Positions 1 to 14,745 are shown, numbered from the stretch's first letter. The stretch: DNA of 64,000 nt from Eledone cirrhosa (GCA_964016885.1 OZ024747.1:51584001-51648000), one strand, 5' to 3'. Numbers and translations: made by a program. Notes: generated by a model not told the origin, from the letters alone.

Positions 1-32
<32 letters not shown>

Positions 33-188
33 ATATATATATAGTTATGTAATAAACAACCTAAGGCAATTATTCCATTTGCCAGTGGTTTCTTAAAAGT
101 AAAAAATGTTGCTTTCAATCATCAGAATGAAAAATTCTTGGTGTATTTAATGATATTGGATTCTTAGAATCCAATATCAATAAATACA

Positions 189-301
189 CTAATGAAGGAC
201 TAGCGTCCGAAACGTTAAGACCCTCTTCCTGCTGTATCAAGCGTTAAACTAATACATCCCTTGCATATACTGTACCGATTGTGTTGTTGTTTCAGCTGAC
301 C

Positions 302-305
<4 letters not shown>
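189..305 (+). mobile_element. Penelope-type terminal-repeat fragment with a degenerate hammerhead motif, ending in (CA)n
   Basis: CTAATGA-A-GGAC-TAGC-GTCC-GAAACGTT-AAGA followed by a ~90-bp tail. Near-identical to the reverse complement of 57505-57623, where the core is the canonical CTGATGA. Confidence 0.7.
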
Positions 306-395
<90 letters not shown>

Positions 396-922
396 GTATA
401 TATATATATGTATATATATATGTATATATATTTGCGTGTATGTATCATCATCATACCAGAAATTGCGGCAGGCGTGTGGTTATTTTGACGAAAGGTTTGT
501 GATGTGGTTTAAAAGGTCACGCGTGATTTACTTATCTTATGTGGTAGGAGGACATTGTGTGAGTTCGTATGTAAACATATAATTGTTTCTACTATTGACA
601 CAATGCCAGCAAATATCCAGTACATTACTGGTACTTTATTTTATTACTTGTACTTTATTATATACATATATATGTGTGTGTGTATTTATATATAAATATA
701 TATATACATACGTACGCATATTTTAATATACAGTATATGTTCACAAATACATAGTCAGCCATAAACTCATAAACAAATAGATAAACCCAGCGTAGACGTT
801 AATGAACGTATGGAATGGAATAATAATTAGAAAAAAAATCCATCAATAAATAGAACAGGAGATAAAACAGAATTTAAAGAGCAAAATTAAACCATTCTGT
901 ATAGAGAGAGAGGGGGGGGAGG

Positions 923-976
<54 letters not shown>

Positions 977-1187
977 AGAGAAAGAGAGAGGTGGGATAGT
1001 GAGGGGAGAGTTAGACAGACAGATAGAGAGAAAGAAAGAAACAACGTAAAACCTATGTGTTCTGTTCTAAAGCTGGCCCTGTTTCAATTTGAGTGGACGA
1101 TAGAGTTGGGTGGGATTATAGATAGCAGAAAAGAGAGAGGAAGAGAAGGCAATACAAAGATATATAGAGAATGGTATATGTGTATGT

Positions 1188-1235
<48 letters not shown>

Positions 1236-1328
1236 GTGTGTGTGTATGTGTGTGTGTGTGTGTGTGTGTATGTGTGTGTGTGTGTGTGTGTGTGTTTATT
1301 TGAATGTGTCAAAGCCGGCCATTTATCG

Positions 1329-1370
<42 letters not shown>

Positions 1371-1384
1371 TACATTATTATTAT

Positions 1385-1439
<55 letters not shown>

Positions 1440-1444
<5 letters not shown>

Positions 1445-1853
1445 CAGATTAAAGTTTAAGCAAAGAATCGCTGCTTTCACCCTTAACGGGATCTTCTGAA
1501 ACTAAATCAGTCAATCTGTGAACCCAGAAGTAATTATTTCAAAAAACGTTGCAACCGAAGGAAGACGGGGAGACGATACTTTTGTTCGTGGAAACGTTCC
1601 CTGGCAAAGAACGGAAAAAAAACGAAGATAATACGTCATTATTTGGTGCGGCGAAAACAATTACACGCAAAGACAAAACCGTTCTTTGCCAGGGAACGTT
1701 TCCACGAACCAAAGTATTGTCTTCCTGTCTTCCTTCGGTTGCAACGTTTTTTTAAATATTTACTTCTGCGTTCACAGATTGACTTTTTTAGTTTCAGAAG
1801 ATCCGTTAAGGGTGAAAGCATCGATTCTTTGCTTAAACTTTAATCTGTTATTT
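1440..1853. mobile_element. Palindromic (fold-back/MITE-like) element with ~175-bp arms, next to (TA)n
   Basis: 1440-1612 is the reverse complement of 1678-1853. Single-arm copies at ~11948-11998 and ~42165-42365. Confidence 0.85.
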
Positions 1854-1959
1854 TAATAAATATTTGCTCTACGGTTCTTATAAAATTCTGATATATATTT
1901 ATCCTTATCGAGCCCTCTTTGGATTTTAGTCTTCAAATCTATTATTATTACTATATCTA

Positions 1960-2120
1960 TCTTATGGACAAAGAGAAAGATAGAAGTGCATATGGATACT
2001 TCCGGTTGAAATGACAATACATATATATATTTTTAATTCATAAAACTTTCTATGAACACCTTAAGAAATTACGAAAGATGTGACATCACAGGCTGAGGAG
2101 GGTCATTAAACTTCAGTTAT

Positions 2121-2162
<42 letters not shown>

Positions 2163-2430
2163 TATATATTTAGTTGATGAAAGTTGGTTGATAAAAAAAA
2201 CCTGTCGGCTTTTTCGTAAAAAGATGTGAAGCAATCAACGATTAGTATTCCTTAGGATTTTCTCTGAAAGATATCACCCGGAGTTTTAGTATCTCACAGA
2301 ATTTAATAATAATGCAAAGGACTGTGTAAAGAAATGTGAAACTGTCATACAACCACACGCTTCGAGGATACGAAAAGAAGATTAACTAATTCCATAAAAA
2401 ACCCGTCTCTTTTATTTATTATAGATAAAC

Positions 2431-2512
<82 letters not shown>

Positions 2513-2730
2513 CTTCTTTTCGTATCCTCGAAGCGTGTGGTTGTATGACAGTTTCACATTTCTTTACACAGTCCTTTGCATTATTATTAAATTCTGTGAG
2601 ATACTAAAACTCCGGGTGATATCTTTCAGAGAAAATCCTAAGGAATACTAATCGTTGATTGCTTCACATCTTTTTACGAAAAAGCCGACAGGTTTTTTTT
2701 ATCAACCAACTTTCATCAACTAAATATATA

Positions 2731-2776
<46 letters not shown>

Positions 2777-2936
2777 ATAACTGAAGTTTAATGACCCTCC
2801 TCAGCCTGTGATGTCACATCTTTCGTAATTTCTTAAGGTGTTCATAGAAAGTTTTATAAATTAAAAATATATATATGTATTGCCATTTCAACCGGAAGTA
2901 TCCATATGTACTTCTATCTTTCTCTTTGTCCATAAG
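1960..2936. repeat. Near-perfect inverted duplication with ~425-bp arms
   Basis: 1960-2382 (cttatggacaaag...gaaaagaagat) vs 2510-2936 (atcttcttttcg...ctttgtccataag), only a few substitutions. The internal (TA)n tract is mirrored too. Confidence 0.9.
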
Positions 2937-3296
2937 TCTAACCACTCTCTCTTTCTCTCTCTTTGTCTCTCTATCTCTCTCTCTCTCTCACCATTTATAT
3001 ATGTGTGTGTTTGTGCGTGTGTGTGTGTTTGTGTATGTCTTTGTAGCTACATTTATGTATTATATATATATATATACAGAGGGAGAGATAGAGGGGAAAA
3101 TACGCGCAAGCCAGTGTCGCAGAGTAAGAGAGTTATGCTGAAAATAGAGAAATGAGAGGAGAGAGAGAGCGAGAGATATTGCGAGAGAGTGAGAGAGATA
3201 CATAGTGTGAGAGATAGAGAAATAGAGATAGCGTGAGAGAGAGAGTAAGTGAGAGGGAATGAGACAGAGAGTGATTTGGACATGGTATGAAAAATA

Positions 3297-3480
3297 TAAT
3301 TGTTTCTACTTTTTGGCACAAGGTCAGCAATTATCCAGTACATTACTGCTACTTTATTTTATCGACCCCGTAAGGATGAAAAGCAAAGTTGATCTCGGCG
3401 GGATTTGAACTCAGAATGGAAAGGGCCGTAACCCTATGCGTCAAAGCATTACGTCCGACCCTCTACCGATACTGCCAATC
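3297..3480 (-). mobile_element. tRNA-derived SINE, family 1
   Basis: Reverse complement of 45262-45455: ggattggcagtatcggtagagg...ctgagttcaaatcccgccgag...gtcgataaaataaagta...gtagaaacaatt. Confidence 0.85.
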
Positions 3481-3912
3481 CAAAATATAATGGGATATAA
3501 TATAATAGAAAGGGGAAGAAGATCGACTGTAAGGTTTATAAAAAAAAGTGTGAAAAAAAGACAAAGGACATCAGTAGGGAAAATAACGCTAAATGAACAG
3601 AAATCATATTTATTTTTAAAAATAATAAATAAATGGAATATTTAAAACAAAATATGCAGAAAGAGAGAAAATGCATTTCAAAAGTGTGTAAACGATTATT
3701 GATCTTTAAATACATCCGGTTCCAATGAATGATGGGTATTTTAAACCTTGTATACGTGAAGCAAATATAAGCATTTTATTGTTGACTCTTGATTATAAAC
3801 ATGCAAATAACGATAAAGGCATGAATTATATTAAAATACAGTAAACTAAATTTAAAAACCAGTGATTATATGAATTAATAATAAATAAATAATTTACTGT
3901 AAAATTAGTTAC

Positions 3913-3962
<50 letters not shown>

Positions 3963-4004
3963 TACACCTATATATTTTATATATATTATATATACATACA
4001 CGTA

Positions 4005-4051
<47 letters not shown>

Positions 4052-4156
4052 TTTATCTATATATATATATATACATTTTTACTAATTTTACAGTAAATTA
4101 TTTATTTATTATTTATTCATATAATCACGGGTTTTTAAATTTACACACACACACAA

Positions 4157-4241
<85 letters not shown>

Positions 4242-4574
4242 AAAACCGCGAATATATAGGCTTAATTTTAAACATTTCTTTAGATGCAAAAAAATTTTTT
4301 TTTTTTCACTCTTTCGTTTTTGTGGGGAAAAAGAATAAAGAGAAATTTTGATTTTTATTGCTGGAACATGTTTGAAAATAATGGCCAAGAATTGCTTAAT
4401 CAATATTCAATAATTGAGTAAATAATAACGTGTTAACTTGTGATATTTCCTTGCTGTCTGGTCATGACTATATCTAGTGGAACATTATGCTGGCTTTGCC
4501 ACTGTTGATGTCTGATGGGGATGGGGAGGAGGGCGGGAGGGTAAGGAGAGTAGGAATTGGACTAATTATGTAGA

Positions 4575-5068
4575 CATATGTATATACACACACTGATATC
4601 TATACACACACTGGGTATCTATACACAGACATATGTATATATATATATACACTGGTATCTATACACACACTGGGTATCTATACACACACTGGTATCTATA
4701 CACACACTGGGTATCTATACACAGACATATGTATATATATATACACACTGGTGTCTATACACACACTGATATCTATACACACACTGGGTATCTATACACA
4801 GACATATGTATATATATACACTGGTATCTATACACACACTGGTATCTATACACACACTGGGTATCTATACACAGACATATGTATATATATATATACACTG
4901 GTATCTATACACACACTGGTATCTATACACAGATATATGTATATATATACACTGGTATCTATACACACACTGGTATCTATACACACACTGCTATCTATAC
5001 ACACACTGCTATCTATACATACACTGGTATCCATACACACATATATCTATACACACACAGATAACTAT

Positions 5069-5115
<47 letters not shown>

Positions 5116-5412
5116 AACTTATATACATACACACCCGTATCTATACACACACTAATATTTAAACACACACACACACATATATATATATACACACTTATAT
5201 ACATACACAACCTTATCTATACACACACTCATATTTACACACACACACACACATATATATATACAAACTTATATACATACACACCCTTATCTATACACAC
5301 ACTCATATTTAAACACACACACACACATATATATACAAACTTATATACATACACACCCTTATCTATACACACACTCATATTTACACACACACACACACAC
5401 GCACACACACAC

Positions 5413-5459
<47 letters not shown>

Positions 5460-5769
5460 AACTTATATACATACACACTCTTATCTATACACACACTCAT
5501 TTAGACACAGGAACACATATATATATATATACAAACTTATATACATACACACCCTTATCTATACACACACTCATATTTACACACACACACACACGCACGC
5601 ACACACACATATATATATATATATATATACAAACTTATATACATACACACTCTTATCTATACACACACTCATTTAGACACAGGAACACATATATATATAC
5701 AAACTTATATACATACACACTATTATCTATACACACACTCATATTTACACACACACACACACACGCACG

Positions 5770-5815
<46 letters not shown>

Positions 5816-5955
5816 AACTTATATACATACACACTCTTATCTATACACACACTAATATTTACACACACACACACACACACTCACATATATATATATACAA
5901 ACTTATATACATACACACCCTTATCTATACCCACACTCATATTTATATACACACT
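4575..5955. repeat. Compound minisatellite: ~18-bp acacacactggtatctat units, then longer units with embedded (CA)n/(TA)n
   Basis: Directly visible tandem units; the second part repeats acaaacttatatacatacacacccttatctatacacacactcatatt. Confidence 0.9.
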
Positions 5956-6233
5956 CTCAGGAACTCGTAGACATACCAGTGCGTGCATGGAAGCATACAT
6001 ACATATTATAGCATACACATTCAGAGAATACGTATTAATACATGTACATACACAGCCACACGTTTGTGCATCATACATATTTACACACATATGTACACAA
6101 ACATATTTACACAGATATGGACACAGAGATATACCCCAACTGGAACATGTGTATATATAATTGTGTAGTATATATTCAATGTCTATATTAGTAAAATGAA
6201 AACATACATATACACACATTTTCTTATACCCGC

Positions 6234-6312
<79 letters not shown>

Positions 6313-6337
6313 TATGTGTATATATATACACGCTTTA

Positions 6338-6404
<67 letters not shown>

Positions 6405-6409
6405 CACGC

Positions 6410-6459
<50 letters not shown>

Positions 6460-6475
6460 GCGTGTATTTATATAT

Positions 6476-6512
<37 letters not shown>

Positions 6513-6809
6513 CACGCTTTAATATATATATATATATATAATTCATTCACTGTGTATTTGTAATATCTGCGACAAGAATTCACACACACACACACATACA
6601 CATGCATACAAACATGCACATGTGCATACATATATACATGGATATATACATATTACATATATACATACGTGCATACCTCCATACACACATACATGTATAC
6701 ATACATACATGTATACATACACACATTCATGCATACATACACACATACATGCATACGTACATACATACGTACATACATACATACATACATACATACATAC
6801 ATACATACA

Positions 6810-6842
<33 letters not shown>

Positions 6843-7109
6843 GATGGCTGCCCCCTCGTTATCGAATATGACCATTGCACGTTATACCATTATTAATAAT
6901 TAGTAATTAATTCTATCGTGCAATGCCTGTGCGTGAAGATATTTTTTAAAGATATTTTTTTAAAGACTGTGCAACGAGCCATGCATACATACATACACAC
7001 ATACATGCATACATACACACATACATACACACACATACATACATATACACATACATACATACATACATGCATATATACATACATACATAAATACATACAT
7101 ACATACATT

Positions 7110-7400
7110 TATGCAGAACTGATGAGAAATCTGCAGATACTCCACCCTGATTACACCTTCAGATTTATGCCTGTGATTATTGTGGCACTGGGGTATGTTA
7201 GTAACTGCCTCAATACAAATTTTGAGAAGAGGCTTCACAGGAACAGAAAGAACACAACTAGTCAGGAAATTACAAGTACAATCCATTAACGGAACAGTAA
7301 AAATATGTAAAACATTCCAAAAATGTTGCATCTAATAACTGTATATACACATGTACAGATGCACAGATACAACTCAAAACATCCACATCCACACATACAA
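7110..7400 (+). mobile_element. 3' end of an RLE-bearing non-LTR retrotransposon (R4/Dong/NeSL-like), decayed
   Basis: Translates YAELMRNLQILHPDYTFRFMPVIIVALGYV...(frameshift)GFTGTERTQLVRKLQVQSINGTVKICKTF. This matches the KYxxL...(V/I)P(I/V)(I/V)IGALG C-terminus of restriction-like endonuclease domains. Confidence 0.65.
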
Positions 7401-8392
7401 TAACATGCTAGATTATTTACCAGATATCCCAAATCAGTCTCTTGTAACTTTAATGTAAAAGACTCAATCTCTATGAGTCGAAGTGAATCTGGAAGGATGT
7501 AAGTGTCCTCACATCGGTGACCTGAATCAAGAACTTGTGAGATAAAGGACACCGACAAAGATCCCCCGAGAGGCCATGTCGTAATGTAAAAATTGTCTAA
7601 GGATTAGGATTGTCATTCAGAGTTGTATGAACGACTACATCATGTAAGGTGTTAATTTAATGTTTAAAACGGTATGGTGTGATTTGTACAAGGGCATATC
7701 AGCTATTACAAGCAACAGTTTCAATGACAGTCTAGAGATGCTTCTACGTCGGTCCATGTAAGCGTTAGGTGATAGAGCTTTCATACTGGACTGGTTTCTG
7801 TTTTCAGGCTAAACACTGAACTGTTTTGTAAATATATGGGCCTATTAGTTAGTAAACTGTGCAGGACGAAGTGCAGTGCACCGCAATTTTGCTTCTTCCA
7901 GGTTCCTCAAATAGTAAATGAGGGCTAGTACCATTTGGAGGGTACATTGCGATGCGTTAGATGTTTGTTTAAGGTTGAATATTGTATTCTGAGTCGCCTA
8001 ACATGTCATGTAACTGGGATAACTTCTAGCCACCATCTAACTCATTTCAGCGTGGAAAATGGACATACAACCGTTCAGATACACTCGCCCGCCAAAAACA
8101 ACAACAAATAGTTTCTGATACAAGGGTCAGTGACATCTACAGTAGATGTAACACAATCTTTATCTGATAATTATATTACTTTTTAGGCATCAGACTAATA
8201 TACTAGACAAGGTTCAAGCGAAATGGATTAGGTGTGAAATTTATAATTTATTCATATTGCGTTAATTTGATATATATAAAAGTGTTAATAATTATTCCAA
8301 GGAAAATATGTGGGTGAGTTTGGACGTGCATGTTGTGTATGTGTGTGCGTGTGCTTGAAAGTGTTTGTATATATATACATATATATACATAC

Positions 8393-8447
<55 letters not shown>

Positions 8448-8462
8448 TATACATATATATAC

Positions 8463-8494
<32 letters not shown>

Positions 8495-8532
8495 GCATAC
8501 ATACACACACATATATATATATATATGCATGC

Positions 8533-8587
<55 letters not shown>

Positions 8588-8592
8588 CATAC

Positions 8593-8623
<31 letters not shown>

Positions 8624-8656
8624 CATACATATATATATATACATATATATATATAC

Positions 8657-9974
<1,318 letters not shown>

Positions 9975-10204
9975 GGAACTGTGTTGATGATCAGAAGGCA
10001 GGCCTAAGTCATGTTAATTAAGTGAAATGTAAGTTGGAATATAGATGTTCATTACCCAATAATATTTTTCAGAAGCAGTTGTTGTAGGTTGCTTTACCTC
10101 CCTTGTTAGATTCAACGATGTACAGACTTTCGTAAACCGGCCATATTGTTAAAAGTGTGAATTTCTCTCTTTCTCTTTTTCTCTTCCTATATGTTATATA
10201 CATC

Positions 10205-10580
10205 TCTTTTTTCAAGTACCACTTTAGAAGAAGGATCAGAATGGAGAGAGAGGTGCTCTACCCCAGCAAGTTTTATGAAAGATGGGTGAAAGTAGCGAGA
10301 ATGGCCCGAGTGAATGGGCCTTCTCTCTATATCAGCCTGTAGGTGAGAGAGGAGAAGAATGAGAAGAGGAAAGAAGCACCCGCTCTTTGTGCTCCTGAAG
10401 AGGAGGGTTGCACATTTTTTCGGGGGTGTGTGCGACCCATGTCAACGCCCCTCCCTATTGAGGACATCGATTGTTAAATTTAATTTGTTATATGTTTTTT
10501 ACACGTCTTTTTAAATGTATGTAAACTCCCCCCTTTGTATTTGTCCCAATCTTTGATGCCCTGGTGGCAAATAAATAGAA
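10205..10580 (+). mobile_element. 5'-truncated L1/Tx1-type LINE 3' end
   Basis: Encodes ...ERWVKVARMARVNGPSLYISL*, homologous to the ORF2 C-terminus at ~46000-46065 (-). 3' UTR ends gccctggtggcaaataaa. Second copy at 26545-26872. Confidence 0.8.
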
Positions 10581-10596
10581 ATATATATGTTATATA

Positions 10597-10641
<45 letters not shown>

Positions 10642-10728
10642 AGCTCTCTCTCCCCCTCTCTTTCTCTCTCTCTCCATATATATATATATATATATTTAAT
10701 TAGAAATTGAACAACACAAAATATAACT

Positions 10729-10797
10729 ACTCCATTACGAAAGGTTTCTGGATCACAGACGATAATAACATACGTCTGGATCGGTCGTCAGACAGAT
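10729..10797 (-). ncRNA. Hammerhead ribozyme motif (type I, slightly degenerate) inside a ~155-bp element with ~40-bp inverted ends
   Basis: Minus strand: tctgt-CTGACGA-cc-gatc-cagacg-loop-cgtctg-t-gatc-ca-GAAAC-ctttc-GTA-atgga. Stems I, II and III all pair. Confidence 0.6.
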
Positions 10798-10973
10798 ATG
10801 TTATCCCTTAGAGTAGTTATATTTTGTGTTGTTCACTTTCTAATTAAATAGCTCTGTTCTATACATAGAGCACTCTTTTTTCCTTTGCTTTTCCTTCGGA
10901 ATTACCTAACACATATATATATATATATATAGTTGTTATTTCCGTTTACCTTTTACACACACACACACACACA

Positions 10974-11087
<114 letters not shown>

Positions 11088-11104
11088 TAGTTGTCATTAC
11101 CATA

Positions 11105-11241
11105 ACGGTAGTCTGACGAAACTTTGATTCCACAGTCGTGTCCGATCGAAAGAGATTGAAACTTGAGCTGATCAACCACGAAACGCACGTCACGCTTCAA
11201 TAAATGTAATGAGGATTTAACATCTCGCCATTTTTATTATC

Positions 11242-11328
<87 letters not shown>

Positions 11329-11545
11329 CCAAGGGGTGTAACTTGGAGTTACTGCAGGTTCACCCGGGAGAGCACTCGATGTTTAGGTTCACTTCTTTTC
11401 TTATAGCATTTTAAAGAGTCCGTCGAGCTGCCGATCATTGAGTCGAGTAGGATCGATACAGATCGAACCTTGAGCTGATCAGTGGCGAAACGCGCGTCAC
11501 CTACCAATAAATGTAATGAAGGAGTAACCAATCGTCCTTGTTATC
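11105..11545 (+). mobile_element. Two degenerate copies of a hammerhead-bearing repeat (long stem II, GAAACGCGCGTC)
   Basis: CTGACGA (11113)...GAAACGCACGTC; CCGTCGA-GCTGCCGATCA...TGATCAGTGGC-GAAACGCGCGTC (11420-11498). Homologous to 42670-42800 (-). Confidence 0.7.
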
Positions 11546-11689
11546 CTTTCAATATATATATATTATTATTATTATTATTATTATTATTACAGTTGCATTT
11601 ATCTTGCTTTATGTTCATACGAGTTATCACCAAGTCACAACCAGTGACCTCAAGAGACATATATATATATATATATATATATATTATTA

Positions 11690-11736
<47 letters not shown>

Positions 11737-11737
<1 letters not shown>

Positions 11738-11930
11738 GCGGGGGATTGGCAGTATCGGTAGAGGGTCGGACGCCATGCTTTGACGTATAGAGTTACGCCC
11801 CTTGCCATTCTGAGTTCAAATCCCGCCGTGGTTAACTTTGCCTTTCATCCTTATGGGGTCGATAAAATAAAGTACCAGTAATGCACTGGCTAATTGCTGG
11901 CCCTGTGCCAAACGTAGAAACAATTATTAT
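11737..11930 (+). mobile_element. tRNA-derived SINE, family 1
   Basis: A-box-like tggcagtatcgg, B-box gagttcaaatcc, conserved body and (TTA)n tail. Multiple copies in the window. Confidence 0.85.
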
Positions 11931-12295
11931 TATTAATTCAGAGTACAAATTAAAGTTTAAGAAAATAATTCCTGCTTTCACCCTATCACGGGATCTTCTA
12001 TAACTCAATATATATACATATATATATTGCTGGTCCACATGTTTTCTAATACTGTATTATGGCTGAATATTGTCACCACACAAACATATGTCACAGCCAA
12101 TGTTTCATCAAAATTTAAACTTATGTGTGTGTAATAATATGTACGTGCATGTATTTGTGTGTGTGTGCGTTCGTCTGTGTATGTGTTTGTGAATGCACTT
12201 CAATATATGCTTGTATGTGTAGTATTTTGTGTATACGTGTGTGTAAACTTGTTTGTGTATGTATGTGGGTGCTCTTGTGTTTTTATGTGTCTTTG

Positions 12296-12381
<86 letters not shown>

Positions 12382-12799
12382 CGTGTATGTATGGGTGTCA
12401 CTCTATTTCCATTTAGGACATAATATCTCTGTATATTTAATTAGAAATAGTAAGATGAGGGAGTGACAGGTAGAGAAAAAGAAGGGAGGGAGATAAAAGT
12501 GTTGGGGCTGGTGTTATAGAAGTCAATACAAAACTAGACATAAGAATTGAGAGACAGCGAAGACTGTCAATGAGAGTAATTAATACATAGATGTTTGATG
12601 ACAATAAAATAAGGTTAATTGGAAGTAATTTGAGAATATTCCAAGTAACTCTAATTATTCTATATTAACAGGAATGTCTTTAAAGTTACAAATATTTGAC
12701 ATATGTCAACGTTGTAGAATACAAGAAAATGTTTTAAATGATCTAGCAATGATTGGTTAATCACCACAATCTGAAAGTAGGATTATTATTTGCAAGCTG

Positions 12800-12994
12800 C
12801 TCGGGCGGTGGATTGGTAGTATTGGTACAACGTCGGACACCATGCTTTACAGAGTTACGGCCGTTTACGTTCTGAGTCCAAATCCTGCCGAGGTTAGCTT
12901 TGCCTTTCATCCTTACGGGTTCGATAAAATAAAGCACCTGTAACGTACTGGCGTCGATTTAATCGACTTTCTCCATCCACAAAAATTGCTTGCC
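12800..12994 (+). mobile_element. tRNA-derived SINE, family 1
   Basis: ggcggtggattggtagtattggta...ctgagtccaaatcctgccgagg...tcgataaaataaagca. Confidence 0.8.
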
Positions 12995-14467
12995 ATGTAC
13001 TCTCGTTGCGTAGATGATATCAATATAGTAATAAAAACACCCCCACAAGAGAATACCAATAAACCCAAATTAGAAACTAACTCAATGGGGAGCATCCAGT
13101 AGATAGCTAATTCCATATACCAGAACATAACCACAACTATCGACTACCCTTCCAAACACACTAACAATAAACTACCAGTATTAGACACTGAACTCTGGTT
13201 AAACACTATAAACGAAAAACCCAAATTCTCCACTCACATTATGCTAAACTCGTGGCCTTCAAATACCTTATACACAAAAACTCAGCGATGTCCAATAATG
13301 CTAAGTTTAATATTCTGATCGCAGACTTGGTAAGAGAGATGAAGGAATGTGTCCCGAATGTGCGACCCAACTGAAATGGAAAGATACATCTAACACTTCA
13401 TCAGTCGCATGCAGTTCTCTGGTTACAACCAAAGAGACAGAATCAGGGTGTACAAAGGAACCATGGAAAAATATAAGACCTTCATAGAGATGGACATGAA
13501 GGGGATTTGCCCAATGTATAGGAGCAAATCATGGAATTACATAGATAGGACTAAACATAAGATAGGGAAAGCCACTCCATGATACGACAACCAGAGATAC
13601 CACAGTGCCATGTTCGTGGATACAACCCCTGGAGGGAAATCAGCTAACTCATTTAAAAAGGCAGCAAGAAAGACGTATTTAAAGATTAGCGGTGTGCTAG
13701 ACTAGCCAGGAACTACCATAAAATTCCTGATCAGCAAAGCTTACCCCGTTAAGAAATGTGTTATATGTAGAATGACTCCACAAATAAATTGTAAAACTAG
13801 AAATGTAGCCTATAGCATAAATGTACAGAGGGTACTTTCAGAAACATGACAACGTCATACATAGGTGAGACAGCTCGAGGCATGGGGGAGAGATTAGTCC
13901 AACACAGGGGTGAACTAAAAGGATAAAAAGACGGTTCAGTACTATATGAACATGCCACACTAATACATGAGGGTAATATAAACAACATAGAAATAAAAAT
14001 AATATCTAAGCATAGAATTGACTCAACAGGTAGAGAAATTAGGGAAGCAACTGAAAGAGAACTAAGAAAACAGAAGTTGAACATAAAAAAATGAATGGAA
14101 AACAACAACAACCATACACAAACACACAATAGTGACCTAAGATAAATATGAATAAATATACACAGGTACAATAACAACAACCACACATAAACACACACTA
14201 GTGAACAAAGATAGAATACAAACACACACAGGCACGAACACACACCAAACTGAAAATCGACACACAAACACATGCGCAGAGAAAAGAACAAATAAATAAA
14301 GTAATAAATAATAGAATAGACATTACAATACAACGGGAGGAATCATATTAGTACCGCTGATTGAAAACCAATCCAAACGATGAGTGTATTTTATTATAAC
14401 AATATGACCCCACGAAATATAACATTTGTTTTAACACACGATTTCATATCAAACATCTTGCAAAACA
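12995..14467 (+). mobile_element. Penelope-like retroelement, 5'-truncated and decayed (RT C-terminal half + GIY-YIG endonuclease + terminal-repeat remnant)
   Basis: Manual translation across stops and frameshifts: YSRCVDDINIV (RT YxDD region), DYPSKHTNNKLPVLDTELW, HYAK...IHKNSAMS...K.NIL, RMQFSGY, CVIC...NCKTRNVAYSI, YIGETARGMGERLVQH, SVLYEH, REIREA, LNIKNEW. Confidence 0.9.
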
Positions 14468-14477
14468 TATATATATA

Positions 14478-14511
<34 letters not shown>

Positions 14512-14514
14512 AAT

Positions 14515-14611
<97 letters not shown>

Positions 14612-14655
14612 TATATATATAAATATATATAAATATATATATATAAATATATATA

Positions 14656-14745
<90 letters not shown>

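Noticed and set aside
2094-2120. CTGAGGAGGGTC as a hammerhead start
   Set aside because: No complementary stem II strand or GAAA follows.
7119-7145. CTGATGA...GAAA as a hammerhead
   Set aside because: No stem II between the motifs, and it lies in the LINE coding frame (ELMRN).
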